DNA from: Kondoa subrosea
Taxonomy: Eukaryota
Direction: 5' to 3'
NCBI GenBank assembly: GCA_039545335.1
Contig: BCIN01000001.1
Span: 3,661,136-3,725,135 of the forward strand
Length of the DNA: 64,000 bases
The notes beneath the pieces are model-generated. The model did not search any database, was not told the DNA's origin, and was given only the letters and a program-made list of their open reading frames with translations. The position numbers and the translations under genes were made by a program. Below are positions 1 through 12,545 of the stretch, in pieces (position 1 is the first letter of the stretch; every line of letters starts with the position of its first letter).

Positions 1-122
1 CTGACTCGATATGTGGAAGCTTCCCGTCCGGACGTTCGAGCGGCAAGGCTGCCAACGAGTTTTCAGTTTTCGCGTCACAAATTAATTGTTTTCCATCTTT
101 TCGCAAACAAGCAAGTGCCACC

Positions 123-2235
123 ATGTCTTATCGTGTAGTTGGCTTGGTATGGCTGCTCCTATGTTCAATACAATCTGCGAGAGCTGGTAAAGCGACGAAT
201 CAGCTCGCGATAACGCAAATTCATCCGATAGCTGTTGGCAGAATGGATGTGAGCGCTTTGTCCTATAAACATATTACCCAGCTGATGAAGTCATTAAGGC
301 CATCGTCTCACCTGGAACAATCTCTAATCATAATCATTACTTCCTTGGAGCTAACAACCCATCACCAAATTCAAATTATGCATCTTTGCGCCAAGCGACG
401 TGTACAAGTACTGGCTTAGGTCAAGCAGATTTGAGCTCGTATTGGCTGCCTTCGGTCTATCATCGGGCGCCAGGAGGAACAGGATACACGCTTCTCAAGT
501 CACAGTATAACACTGTATACTACAATTGGAATCAGTTTGTCTCAACGCCATTCATTGCCTTAAGAAAGCTCTCTCATGTTCAGAAATAGAGATGGAAAAG
601 ACCAACCGTTTCCTGATGACTTTCAAATGCTGGTTGGCAATCCCAAATCCAACGGAACGTGTCGTAATGGTACACCGACAGGGTATGCAATGTATCTCAT
701 GATCCAAGCTACTCGCAGCTGAATTGAGGTCCTTCCTCTCAGTGCCGAATGTGCCAAATTTAGTCATTACTGGTACTGCGGCGGTCAACCTTTGTCGGTT
801 GATCCACCGAGAGCTGCTTGCGATAGTCTTGGTGTTCATCTGACGTTCCCTTCTTGTGAGTCGGAATACAATACTTCAAGGAGCCGTCATCTCATAAATG
901 ATCGATCAGGTTGGGATGGAATACCGTTTACTGCGGAAACTCAAGATGAACATCTTTTCTACGCCCAGGGTGATCGAAGAAGCCTAACTTGTGCAAACGG
1001 GTTAGCCAGCGTCATGATGATAGCTGGACTAGGCTGATGTTACAGCAGATTGATTCGATTGCCGCAAATCATGTATTCATGGCAATTTGATACCAAGGGA
1101 ATAGCGCCAAATGGGCCAGACGAAGACACGTGGACTCTTTCCATGGGTGAAGGAGGATTCGGTGAGCAGTCTGGCAAGTCTGCCACGTTTCCTAAGCTTA
1201 CTTGCAATGCACCAGGCTTACATGCGGACTTTATCAATGGTGCGATTGAACGCTTGTCAGCTTGATGACGTCTCACTTGCGCTCACAGGCTGGGATCGCA
1301 ATGTATTGCAAGCGACTATTGACCAGTGCCACGATCTAGACGAAAACAGTCCATTATTTTGCCCTCCGTTGGCTTCCTACTATGACAAAGCGGCAGGAGC
1401 TGCGTGTCGCTTTGCTGGTGAACTACCTGCCGAAGATGTTGGTGCAGCTGGTGCGAGATTGGCTACTTTACCAGGTCAAGATGGAGACACTTGCATTCCA
1501 AACATGGCACCGATGGTGGGAATGACAACTGACTCCCTGCCATTACCTATCGCTGCACCGGGTTCCTGTGATAATACGCCTCCGCCAAGCTCAAGCTCTG
1601 TCTTGCCTACTTCATCTGAATATCCATCGTCTAGTTTACCTCCAATCTCGTCCATCCCTTCTGCATCAGAAGTGCCTTCCAGCTCCAACTCCGGCGACTC
1701 AACTGTCCCAACATCTTCGCCTACATCTGATTCTGGCGACAATGCAGACCCAGATCCTGAATCTGACCCATTCCCTCAACAACAAGCTTCCTTCACTTCT
1801 TCTTCGGCCTCTGATTCAGCCTCTTCCTCAGCTTCTCTGTCAAGCGGATCTTCAATTCCCATATCGACCACCACACAAGCCGTTGGAGCAGTTCCGACAG
1901 ATACCAGCTTCAGCTCAACACAATTGACAACGGACGCTTCTGGACCTCTGCCGACTACTCCTCTTGTCACAGAAGCAGCTGGTCCACTACCAGTACCATC
2001 GCCATCCTCTTCAATATCGAGCGACATACCTTCCTCCTCCTTTTCAAGCGATTCTTCTCTCTCATCTTCCGAAGTACCCGAACCCACACCAATGAATCCA
2101 GTCATTCCAGTCAGGAGACCGGGTCGCAATGGACCGGTACCCTCGAGAAATGCGCCAGTTCCGATTAAGCTTCGCCAACAATTGGCTAGGCATTTTAGAA
2201 AAGCAGTATACGGCTTCAAACGTAGAGACGCCTAA
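123..2235 (+). CDS. Secreted DUF1996-domain protein with Ser/Thr/Pro-rich tail (multi-exon)
   Basis: Signal peptide MSYRVVGLVWLLLCSIQSARA. Spliced motifs RMDAIVSPGTISNHNHYFLGANN, CTST..DLSSYWLP, PFPDDFQMLVGNP, LTFPSC/WDG, RLPQI and GLHADFING/WD..LQ..IDQC are typical of DUF1996. A long S/T/P region follows. Confidence 0.9.
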
Positions 2236-2482
2236 TGGTAGATGATAGAGTGTGGATATGAATATTGCGCAGCAGGCTGCCAGTGGTGTTGTGGATGTGT
2301 GAGATGACGGTAAATACAGCAGGCGGGGACTTTCTTTCTGTAATCGTTCTTTGTACTGCATATGTCCATAGCATTAGACTCTATTGTATCTATTGCATTC
2401 CGTCTTCTGCTCGTTACATTACTTACACTTCAAGTCTACTGTACATTTGTCTTAGACGCTCACACATCAGCTTGCGAATTGA

Positions 2483-4168
2483 TCAACTAGTAGCACGACA
2501 CTCCCAACAGCCTGGTATCGACGCGCGATGCAGGTAGAAGAAAAGCATACTAGCAATGCGCTGTCACTGGTTGTCAAGAATGCACTTGGAGTAAACTCAC
2601 TCTCCTGCTAACCACATTGCAGTTCCATTTCTTCGGAAGTGCTGATCTTCATCAATCCTGCATCAAGATTAAGTGGGCTATTGATTTCTCGGTAAGAAGA
2701 GAGGAAAGCCTACATGTCTTGAATACCTTCCAATCGACTTCCCCAATCGAAAAGCTTTGTGCGGGTTTGTTCAGCAACAGATCTGATAGCTGCATCGATT
2801 TGAGTAATGTGCCGCAATCTGTTTCCGCCAGCTAATCTAAGATGCCTTGTGCGAAACATTGTCGGTACTTTGGCGCCGGGCCACAAATTCTGTATATACT
2901 GGTGCAAATCGAAAAATCGAGCTCGAAGCCAAAGTAGTTCTGAACCAGTGTAGACATCATCGCGATCCAGTTTGTGGTGATCTCGCAACTATTTCCCAAG
3001 ATCAGGAGGCTGGTAAAGGCCTCATCAGGCTGATTGCAGACTCACTCCTCCTAGGAACCTCTCGTCCTGTTATCACACTGGAGTCACTTTCAAGCCTTAC
3101 TATGAGTATGGCCACCTACCCAGAAAAGAGATGCCATCATCATCAAGTCCGGCGGAGCTGTTATACCCCATTTTTGCATCCACGGCCAATAGGTGTTCTG
3201 TACCTTCGTCTCCAAGAAACTTGGAGATTTGGGATGATCAACCTGACAATATGTATCAGCAAAGGAGAAGGGCATCTGCAAAATGATAATCTACCGAGCC
3301 TTCGGAGAACCAAAGTACGAGATTGAAGGACAGTTCTTCATGATAACATCTTCCGCCAGAATGGAGACCCTCGTTGACATAGGTAGTCCCAGGCATCCAC
3401 TTACAAATTGATTCGATGTTATTGCGATCATGCGACTACAAGTGTGATTTGAAGTCAGCAGCCGTTTGGATCGGGGTCGATCAAATTCAGTCGAAGAAAC
3501 TTACAGAGCCAATGATAAGTAGAGTCTTGTTTGCCAAAAAAGGCATCTCATCGTATCGACCATGTCGAGCTTTCAACATGAATTGGGGAGCCGAGAACGG
3601 CAGCATTTCTTTCGGCGGTACTCGAGAGTAGTCAATCAGTGAAGATGACCAGGAAACAATGGGATCGGCTTCGGGACCATGAGGGAATGTCAACCATCTT
3701 GTTTTCTCAACATCCGATTCGTCCGTAAAGAGGTAGCCAGGTCTCGCGAAAGGATCTGTTGGACAGTCTTCTGGACAGGCAATAGAGCCATACGAAACTT
3801 CGTCTGGCGCAGTCCCAGAATACAGTCTGCAACAATACTGTTGTTAGCTAAAACCCCAGCTTTGGGAATGTGCACTACTTTGAGACAGATGGAATTCCAG
3901 AGCTCATCCCATAAAGACCTGCAACACAGGTACATAGAGCAATTGCTACCAATGCAGTCGATCTGCGCCTTCTGGTAGATTTAAAGGACGCAGAATTTGG
4001 AGCGGATGGTGTGTTTGCTGCTTGTACGAAGGTAGTGTCGGGCAAAGCATCGACGCTATCGATTCTCAGATGCTTCCAAGGCCGCAGATCTGGCGTGCTT
4101 GATCCTTGAACACGAGAAGACACGAGTGGTATTTCATCCGCGTCCGAAAGCAAGGGAGTTGTAGCCAT
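2483..4168 (-). CDS. CAP64/CAS3-like type II membrane protein with SGNH/PC-esterase-like fold (putative polysaccharide O-acetylation factor)
   Basis: N-terminal TM after a basic patch (RRRRSTALVAIALCTCVAGLYG). Spliced PFLANKTLLIIGS|SHDRNN block, PDLMMMASLFW, MFRTRH, LFDWG, DEDQHF (DxxH-like), and C-terminal WLAGDMLFFYL. Confidence 0.7.
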
Positions 4169-4419
4169 CAAGCAAGATCGAATGCTCAGCTCCCTACACC
4201 AGAGTAAGATATTTGGTCCAGCCCAGCACAGGTCGAGTCGGCCCCAAAAGAAAAACGAGAATCACTTCATATATTCATATGTCTTTCAAATTTCAGGTCT
4301 CCTTCCTTCAAAGAATAGTGGACAGGGCAGAAGTCTCAGCGTAATGCGTCGGAGATACTTGGCGATACAATGATATACTTCATGTACGGTTATATTCAAC
4401 TTTGTACAAGTCGAATGTT

Positions 4420-6480
4420 CTATCGGAAGAAGTCATTACCTATAGTGTCGCTAGGAAACATGACCGGCATCCCCTGCCAGGCGTGGACTCTTTGCATCGC
4501 AATCAGACTGCGGATATCTCTTCAGTCTAGATATGACGGAGAGAAATTGGGCAGCTGACCTGAAAGTACTATGCGTAGTTCCAACCATTCCATGCGCTCT
4601 AGCTAAAAGGGCAGAATCCAGTATAACAGGATACCATACATTGTACTTCTCTTCCGTCTTGTGTGCACGATGCGAATAAAGCGTCCAGCCTTGTTCTTTC
4701 GCATGCTGCAAGAAGTTCGGGCTTTCGTCATCAGATACAACCTAACCTGAATATCAGCAAAGGGCAAACTTGTAAATATAAGATAACTGACAAGCACGGG
4801 TAAAGTGTCTACTTCAGGCAGAAGCGGTCGAGCGCGATCACGGATTTTGTCTAAGGCTTTCGAGTATTCACCAAGCGGTTTCTTGTTCCATTCGAAATCA
4901 CCATGGCGAATCTAGAGCCCTTCACCTAAGTCACTCGCTTCAAGAGCGTGACAGGGGCTTACATGTAAAGCCAGATATTTTGGGTTAGTTGAACCGAACA
5001 ATTCTTCCAGTATTGCATCAACCATTTGATCAATTTTCTTCGAGAAGCGCATATACTGCCCAACCTGAAGGAAAGGTCCCTTTGTTTGTCGATACACTGG
5101 AACTTCTGGGAAAGCAGGATTATGAGGTATCCGATCTGAAAGATAGAACAGGTCATCGAAGCACAGGAGGCGTTCGTCCGGTTTTGACTGCATTGGAGAA
5201 GGGATGATACGACCACTGGGCGTAGTAGGGCCTGAAGGATTTTCTTTGGCTAAAGCAGTAAGGTTCTGCAGCCAAGCTTCTTTGTCAACATTCAGATCGA
5301 ACTCTACTAGTGTTCTGCTCGAGAGCGATCAATAAGTAATGCGAAAATTTGCATTCGCTACTTACTGAGCAGAAATACGTCCGCGCTCGATTCCGTGCAG
5401 ATGATCAGGCAGAGGATAAACTTCAAAGCCGAAGCCATAATTTCGAAGACTTCCTGGTGAGCCTTGTCTTGGCGGTCCCCAACCAGCTGATTCGAAATCA
5501 GTGACCAGCAATCACTGCAGTAGCACAGACAAACCTTCACTAGAGCCCCAACAGCCAAGTCCCCTGTGCACCGGTTTGATCTCGTCTGTTTCAGAGTTGT
5601 GCAAGACATCGTCTATTTCTACTATAGGTATTCCTGTTCGTTCTTGCAAGGCCTGTAGGTCGTAGACTTCAGACCAAGGCAAATAGACCTTTTTCGTAAG
5701 ATGAGATGGATTCATGTTCGGTCTGAGGAAAAGACGTCAAAGATCATTCGACTGTGTTGAAACCTGTACTCACATAAGAGCCACTCTTCTTGTTAGCGAA
5801 CCGAGATAAATTATGTTCATCATCCTGTATTAGGTAATCAGACTACCGCGAGCATCCAGAACGGAATTGCGGACGCTATGAGCTGATTAGCTGTATGGAG
5901 ATGTCAGACAATAGATCAAGTAGGTCCTAGGGACTGACTGAGTCCTGCGTGTGTCGGTGCAGTTACTATCTCCAGCTTTAGCGTGGAATTCAAGTCAGAG
6001 CGCGAGCTAGACATACTGTAGTTTACATCCTCCAAGAAAGCGTCTTCCAAACGTTTGTGCTTCCCCGGCTTGATAGCCTAAATACAATTCTAAGCCAAGT
6101 GCTTAGAACATGCTTTGATTGAAGCATACTGGCCGAATTGGATAGAAAGGCGGATTCGCCAGTCCATTGAAAGGAGCGGTCGTATTACTCGCTAGCTGTG
6201 TACCAGCTTCCACTGACGGCTCGCTATGAACATCGCTTGTTATGGAATTGACTTGATAACCCAGAGCCAGACCAGCTACCAAGCTGCCTATAGCTGTCAT
6301 GAGCAGGCGAACTTTCTTGCTGGCGTTCCTTCTGTGTTTCGCAGGCAATGCAGGCACATCTTCGAGCAAGTCGCTGGTCGACACCCTAGCTGGATCATCT
6401 CTGTAGGTCCCAGGTTCTAGCAGCGGAATTTCCTGGTTGCTACCTCTCCTGCTTCTGCTTGTACTAGGTTCTTTGAGCAT
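4420..6480 (-). CDS. O-fucosyltransferase-family (O-FucT) type II membrane glycosyltransferase
   Basis: TM LLMTAIGSLVAGLALGY. Motifs PWSEVYDL, LLCFDDLFY, GQYMRF, YLALH|IRHGDF and YPVILD..L.....VGT.HSTFSL match fungal O-FucT-like proteins. Confidence 0.82.
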
Positions 6481-6583
6481 TGGCTGTCCAAATACGGTGG
6501 TTCAAGCGATAACGGAAAAATCTTAGAACTAGGTTTCTTGCTTCCGCTCGATCGGCCTTCTGGGTCTTCCTACTCATCTGCAG

Positions 6584-8258
6584 ATGTGGCCAGTCAGGCG
6601 GTCATTGCCTAGCTTCACTCTTGCCCTGATTGGCCTGGTCGGCTATCTCTTCTGGCAAGATGTCTTTGGTCCGGGATCCAAGTCAGCAAGACTTGGTTGG
6701 CCTGCGGAAGGTGCAAACAGCAATACTAGACTAAATGGACCAGCTTGCATGTCTCGGCAACGTTATTCGCCAGTCTTGACTCGAGATGCAGCAGCTGTCT
6801 TGAGTCTAGACAAAACCGAAGGACTGGACGATGAGGCTTTCCTCGAGCAGAGTCAATGCAATGGGATAATCTCTATGGTCTCTACCAATCTGGCCAATCT
6901 TGACTGGACTCGGAATCTTCTCTGCTCTTTGGCCAGATTGGATTCCAAGCTGAATCAGAATGTCGTTGTATGGGCTACAACAGCAGCAACAGTCAAAGTA
7001 TTGCAGCAATGGGCTCAAGAATCTTCCTCTCTCGATTTTGATACCAAGAATGGCACTCGAATTCCCATCAAATGGCCTGGCTTAATCTACTATGATAAAG
7101 CGAAAGACACTACCGATGCACTCCTCGTACGCACTCACAATCAGCGCGGCTACTATAAGCTGATATTCACTTTTAAAGGTCACTGGAAGTCCTGCTTATC
7201 AATTCGCAATGAATCTCCGTCCTGCGTTCTTCACAGCTATTCTCGAATTAGGCAAGTCTATCTTCTGGTTGTAGGCCTTCCGCTCTATATGAGCGTCCGC
7301 TATTTTACTCAATCCTAAATAGTGATGCCGATGCCGTCTGGCTGGAAAATCCATGGCTCGAAACAGATCAAGAACCGCTGCAAGATCCAAAACAAGCTCT
7401 CTATCCTCATACGCCTGATTTCACCTACATCTCCGAAGGAAAAGATATCTACTGGCGGCACGGAGTAAGCTCCTGCTGACGTCTGAAAACCCCATCGAAT
7501 CTTATGATTTATTCAGGACCTGAATCCAAATCTTCGAGTGCCTGCTGTCTGGTGAGCTTTTGAATAGATGCCATGTAATGATATATCTGAAACGCTCTCT
7601 GTGATAGTGGAGGTATGTTTTACGCGCGAGCAAATAAAAGAACGCATGCAGTATGGCGGCGGATCAGAGATACCAAGATGAATGATCAGTGAGTCTAAGC
7701 ATTCACACGCCATCATCTTGGCAAGCTGATAAAGTTGTCAGAGGAGGAGTCAATGCTATCTTTCGAGGGGGAGGAGAGAGACCAGCTGCAGCTGTCGAAA
7801 AGCACTACAAGTATAAGTTGAAGAACTCGCCTCGAGGCTTACTGGTCAGCCCAGAACCGGATGGATTCATTAGAGGATCAATGCGTCGCTATATCTCAGT
7901 TGATGAGGATACAATCAAAGTCAAGGTATTGGATCAGCTAGCGTAATTTATCCTCGGTGTTTGCTTGCTATCGGCTCATTGCTCTATCGATCATAGCTTC
8001 AGCAGTGGGGCTTGGCTGCGAAGAGAATACTATGCGGAGGATATGCAAGACTACATACATAATCGAGGAGGCTCTGCGAAGTTTGTTCAGTATGTCCCAT
8101 CTCGCAAATCGTAGTTGTGTCGCTGAGATTGTATATCCAGCTTCAATCGTATATCTACAGCGGAGAAGCATCTTGTTGCAAAAGAGCACGGCTTGTGGTT
8201 CTTGGACGATGATGGATTCTGTTTGGCGCCAGGGCAAGAATCTGGTCGCCTGATTTAG
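6584..8258 (+). CDS. Nucleotide-diphospho-sugar transferase (GT77-like) type II membrane protein
   Basis: N-terminal TM FTLALIGLVGYLFW. Motif N..LDWTRNLLCSL, DxD motif SDADAVWLENP at about 7321, and C-terminal FVHFN...K...KEHGLWFLDDDGFC. Confidence 0.8.
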
Positions 8259-8810
8259 GACACTGCCAGGACAGCGAAATACTCTTTAACTACTAAAGCA
8301 AGACTGTTTTGGTGACTGAGGTATGCGATGGAACTGAATTCTAACATGCAGCTGATTGCCCGATTGTCTCTAGCCATGAGCAACGCGAGTCCAGTGACAG
8401 CGTTTCATTGCAGGACCCGAATCGAAGGTCAAACTCGACAAAACGTTACCGGACGTGGCGAGGATGGCAGATAATCAACCGGTTGGTAAGCGTGTACGTA
8501 TAGCTTCACACTGTACAAGCGCGCTGTAGCTATGTATAAATAAACTTGTGAAAATTTGGTATACGCACAAAAGCCTGAAGCAGACTCGGAGCGACAAATT
8601 GGGACAGAAGGACGCTCTCGGCATCCCTTGCAGAGTCTTGCCTGTCTGGATGATCATGGGTACTTTGTGGTAAGGCATTACAACAAAGGATCCCAGACGT
8701 TCATACTTGCAACCTCATTTTCATAATAACAACACCTTGCAACCTCATTTCGTAACAAGAGCACCAATCGCTCTTCACATTGCCACACGCAAATGCGTAC
8801 AGACACCATT

Positions 8811-10779
8811 TCAGATCCTAGTCTCACAATCCGGGCAAACAAAGCCAGTAGATAGAATTTCTTCAGTTGTGATATCTTCAGTTTTCCAATCGGTTCTTTC
8901 CATAGTAGCGACGAACTAACATGTCCGAGAAGAATGAGATTCTGTATTGCGATTGAAGCATTCAAAAAGAGGAAACGCCTCACATCTTTCCACTCTCCTA
9001 GACCAGCAAGAGCCATTGCGTTTTCCCAGTCTTCCAATTCACCAGTAGTGATGAGTGATCTAGCTTTGGCGACAACGTTCAAGTTACCTCCAATGCCCCC
9101 TATTTGACGAGAGAGAGAGAGAGAGGGATGTAAGTAACAGCGCAGGAAACAATACGTAGGGAGAAGGCTTACACCAACCACCTCTGGAGATGGGCCATTT
9201 TGCCAATTCCATCAATTCAGCAGGAACCTTGTCTGTGCTACCAGGAGGCAATTCAATTTCCGGTATAGGTTGATCAGCACCCCAATCTTCCAAACATTCT
9301 TCATGAAACCATTTTTCGCATTCCAAGCAATACCTCATGACATGTAAAGCAGGTGAATACATCCCTTGACATTTGCAATGGAGAGGTAAAGGATCAATGG
9401 ATTCGCCTGCTGTTGAAGATCTTTTGCCTTTCTTTGGTCGAGGAGCTGCAGGGAATTTAGGTAAAGTGATTCGATAGAAAAAGTTGCGTTGAGCTGCGTG
9501 CAAGTAATTGGGGTTGTCTTCTTCGTCCCCGAGATCGTCCAATGGTAGATCTGCTCCTTCTTTTTCTCGCCTTTCTTCATCTGCTTGACGAAGTTCTTTG
9601 TCAATCAGCTGGACAGGCTCTTCATCGGGTGTACCATTCTCGTTGAAAACGTAAACTGGACAAGGTTCTGTAAGGTCAGATAGGGAGAATGAGCACAAGA
9701 ACAATTCCCCAGCGCGGACGCTCACCGCAACAAGAGAAAACTGAAACGATTGATTCATCTTCCGTACGAATCAATTCTTTGCTTCCAAATGAATCTTGAC
9801 ATTTCTCAATAGTTCTCTTCATGCTGATCATCGAAGAATTGGGTGTTACTCATCAGCATCATTGGCAAACTTTCTTGTGATCAAGTTCAATGTACCTCGC
9901 TGGAGCTCCTGATGCGGCAACATCTGCGATCTTGTAGAACCAGTGCACAAGGACCCAAACGTCATCTGGATCTGCAGTCCATTCATTCGTAGCCTCGTCA
10001 AAGACGGACTGTTAATCCGAGATTAGTGATATAAAACGAAAGTTGAGAATCATTGGTAATCACTTTGGCTCGAATTTCTTTGATGATACCTATCCAGTGT
10101 TCATCTTGTCTTGGGATACCTGGCATGTAGGTAAGATAACGCTTGCACGCCAATTTGGTTTTGTCCATACCTTCTGGATCATCCATATACTCTGGATCAG
10201 GTAAGATGAAGACCGCTTGCTCTTTCTTGAATTCGGCAGAAGTATTATCATTGAGTTGAGCTGGATGTTCATCAGATTGGTGAGCCCGTAACTTTTCGAC
10301 AGTTGTTGCTCTCACCTTTGAACGAAGGGAAGGGTTTGTAGGTCATAACTTCTTTCTTCGTGGGCACTTGAGTCATGACCTTATCCCAACTTGGCTTCAG
10401 CATAATCTCTCTTGCGCACATAACAAATGACACCCACCTCCATGGCGTTGCTATTCCGTTTCTTTTTCTTACCAACCAGACCACTCTTCTCCATGACCTG
10501 CTGATCGCTCTTTCTCTTCTTTCCCTTAGAAGTGCTACCTTTCTTTGTGCTTGTAGATTTACGCGTTCCATTAGTTGAGCTTCTTTTCGCTCGTTTCTTA
10601 GCTGGACGGTCCTCCTCTTCTTCAGACTCAGTCGCATCATCATTGTTATTATCTTTACGTCTCTTTGTCCCGGTCTGCGTGTTTGGGCGCGAAGAACGTC
10701 GTTTCAAGTTATTGCCATTTTCATCCTCGGATAGAGGTGAACTGCCTTTAGCTTTGGAAGAAGTAGCTTTGGGTGCCAT
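8811..10779 (-). CDS. BAH plus split-PHD chromatin reader (EPR-1/BP1/EBS-like)
   Basis: Basic/acidic N-terminus. BAH motifs HWIGIIKEIRA, VWVLVHWFY and ELIRT...ISVSVF. PHD ligands HCKC..YSP...MRYCLECEKWFHEECL, with a distal FVCPDC just before the stop. Confidence 0.8.
9109..9124. repeat. (GA)8 microsatellite serving as the polypyrimidine tract of a minus-strand intron
   Basis: gagagagagagagaga seen directly, just before the minus-strand acceptor AG. Confidence 0.85.
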
Positions 10780-11222
10780 TGGGTGGTCAAGCTGATTAGT
10801 AAGCGCTGTGTTAGAGAGAGAAATGAGGAGAAAAGTCGCGGTATCAGATCAAAACAACGGAAATAGCGACTGCATGAGAAACAGCGACTCATGCACCACA
10901 GTGGCGTCTAGAGTCTATGACAAGCGAATAACTTATACATTCGGTGAGAAATCTCTCTTTTAAGCCCTGTAACCTGTTTTCCTGCGAAAAAGCCCCATAA
11001 TTGATTACATACTGTGAAAAAATCCGATGCCCTATAATGTTCAGAAACGATATGAGTATACTCTACCGTCAGATCCCCTGTGCTATTACTACAGTTTCGA
11101 TCCAGCGAAAGTAGCGATTATGCGTTTTTAATTGCGATGTTTGCAGACATTATTCTTCTGGTGTCTGATTTTCTTGCGTGTACAGCATAACGTTTCTCCT
11201 TCTGAATTCAATCGCTGATATT

Positions 11223-12344
11223 CTAGTCGTAAGGGTCGTAAGGAAGATTGCCGGTGATTGACGAGTCCAAACGAAGCTTCGTCCCATAATTGTGAGGTTG
11301 AACGATTGGTGGATGATCCGTTGCAGCCACAGAAGCAGCAGAAGAAGGTCCCCCGATGTTGCTGCTTGGATTGGAGGGAAAAGCAGGGGCCGGAATATTG
11401 CTGGTTTGGGTAGGCAGATCTGGTGTATGTAGGTACTCGCTACTTCTTGTAGGTTTGTCGTGTGTTGCTGACGGCGGTTGTTCGGTCTCGCTTTCTGTTG
11501 CAGTAGGACCAGTAGCACCACAAATCCGATCAAAGAGTTTGCTGAGCGGCGAATCTCGAAGAAGATCCTCAACCGGTTGTGTAGGTCGTCCAAGGCCGCT
11601 TCGAAGTTCGTTGTTCTCCTCAGCAAGCCTTGCACAATAGTGAGATCTGAACTCTGACAATGCTACTAACAAAACGTACCTAATCATGAGAATGAAGATT
11701 TGGCGATAGTTTTCCGTCGCTGAAGCAAAAGTAGCTTCCAAATCCCTCAAATACGTTTCTCGCTTCTCGCGAAACGTCTTTTGTGCTTGTCGATTCCTAA
11801 CAAGGTTTGCTGAGCTTGAGTGAGGAGATACAAAATAGAGGATAGACTAACTGTTCTTTCCGTCGTTCAGCTGCTCCAGGTATAGGTTTTCTTCCTCGTT
11901 TGCGTGGTGCAGGTTCAGCTTAACGCCTATGAGGACTTTGACGCTGAACAAGACAGAAGAAAAGCTTACAGGGAGCGACATCAGGGCTATCAGCGTAATT
12001 TGCCACTTCATTTCGTATGCCAGAGCCAGAAGCTTGTGGTACAGCTGTACACGTATGTAAGTAGAATAGAGCAGAGGTGAGATAGACACACACCTGGTTC
12101 GAAGAGATCAGGCGGCTGTGTCCCAGGCGGCTGGTGACTGCGAGCGAGAGCAGAGTAATGAGGATGAAAGGAAGATGAAGCATGGCCAGCAGGGACAGCG
12201 TTGAATGAGTTGGCGTAATCATACAGATCAGCTGTGACGCAACATGTAGCTTTTCAGTTGCCTGGCCAAGCTCTGAAAGCGGTTGACAACCGCACAATCT
12301 GCGCCTCGCGAATAGTATCCCTGTTCATTGCCTTGATCTGCCAT
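11223..12344 (-). CDS. bZIP transcription factor (AP-1/YAP-like basic region)
   Basis: Spliced ERRKEQ|NRQAQKTFREKRETYLRDLE followed by a zipper ending RLAEENNELR. Likely start MADQGNEQGYY. Confidence 0.8.
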
Positions 12345-12545
12345 TTTGCGCAGTTGAGACACTCGCCGACACTGGTGGAAGAAGACAAAGTGGGCCAATA
12401 ATGCTTGGTAGAGCGGGAGAAGGATCAAATCTGGCTAAACATGGGGAATGCAATTTCGCAATGCGGCCAATGCCGCGATCAAGTTCTGGGCCGCTCGGAA
12501 GCGATCTCTCTTTTGAAAAACCTCACAACACAAGCTATGGCTAAT

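Noticed and set aside
1476..2219. Long antisense ORFs here and opposite the golgin, C2H2 and UAP1 genes
   Set aside because: These are shadow frames of Ser-rich or coiled-coil coding sequence, with no independent motifs.
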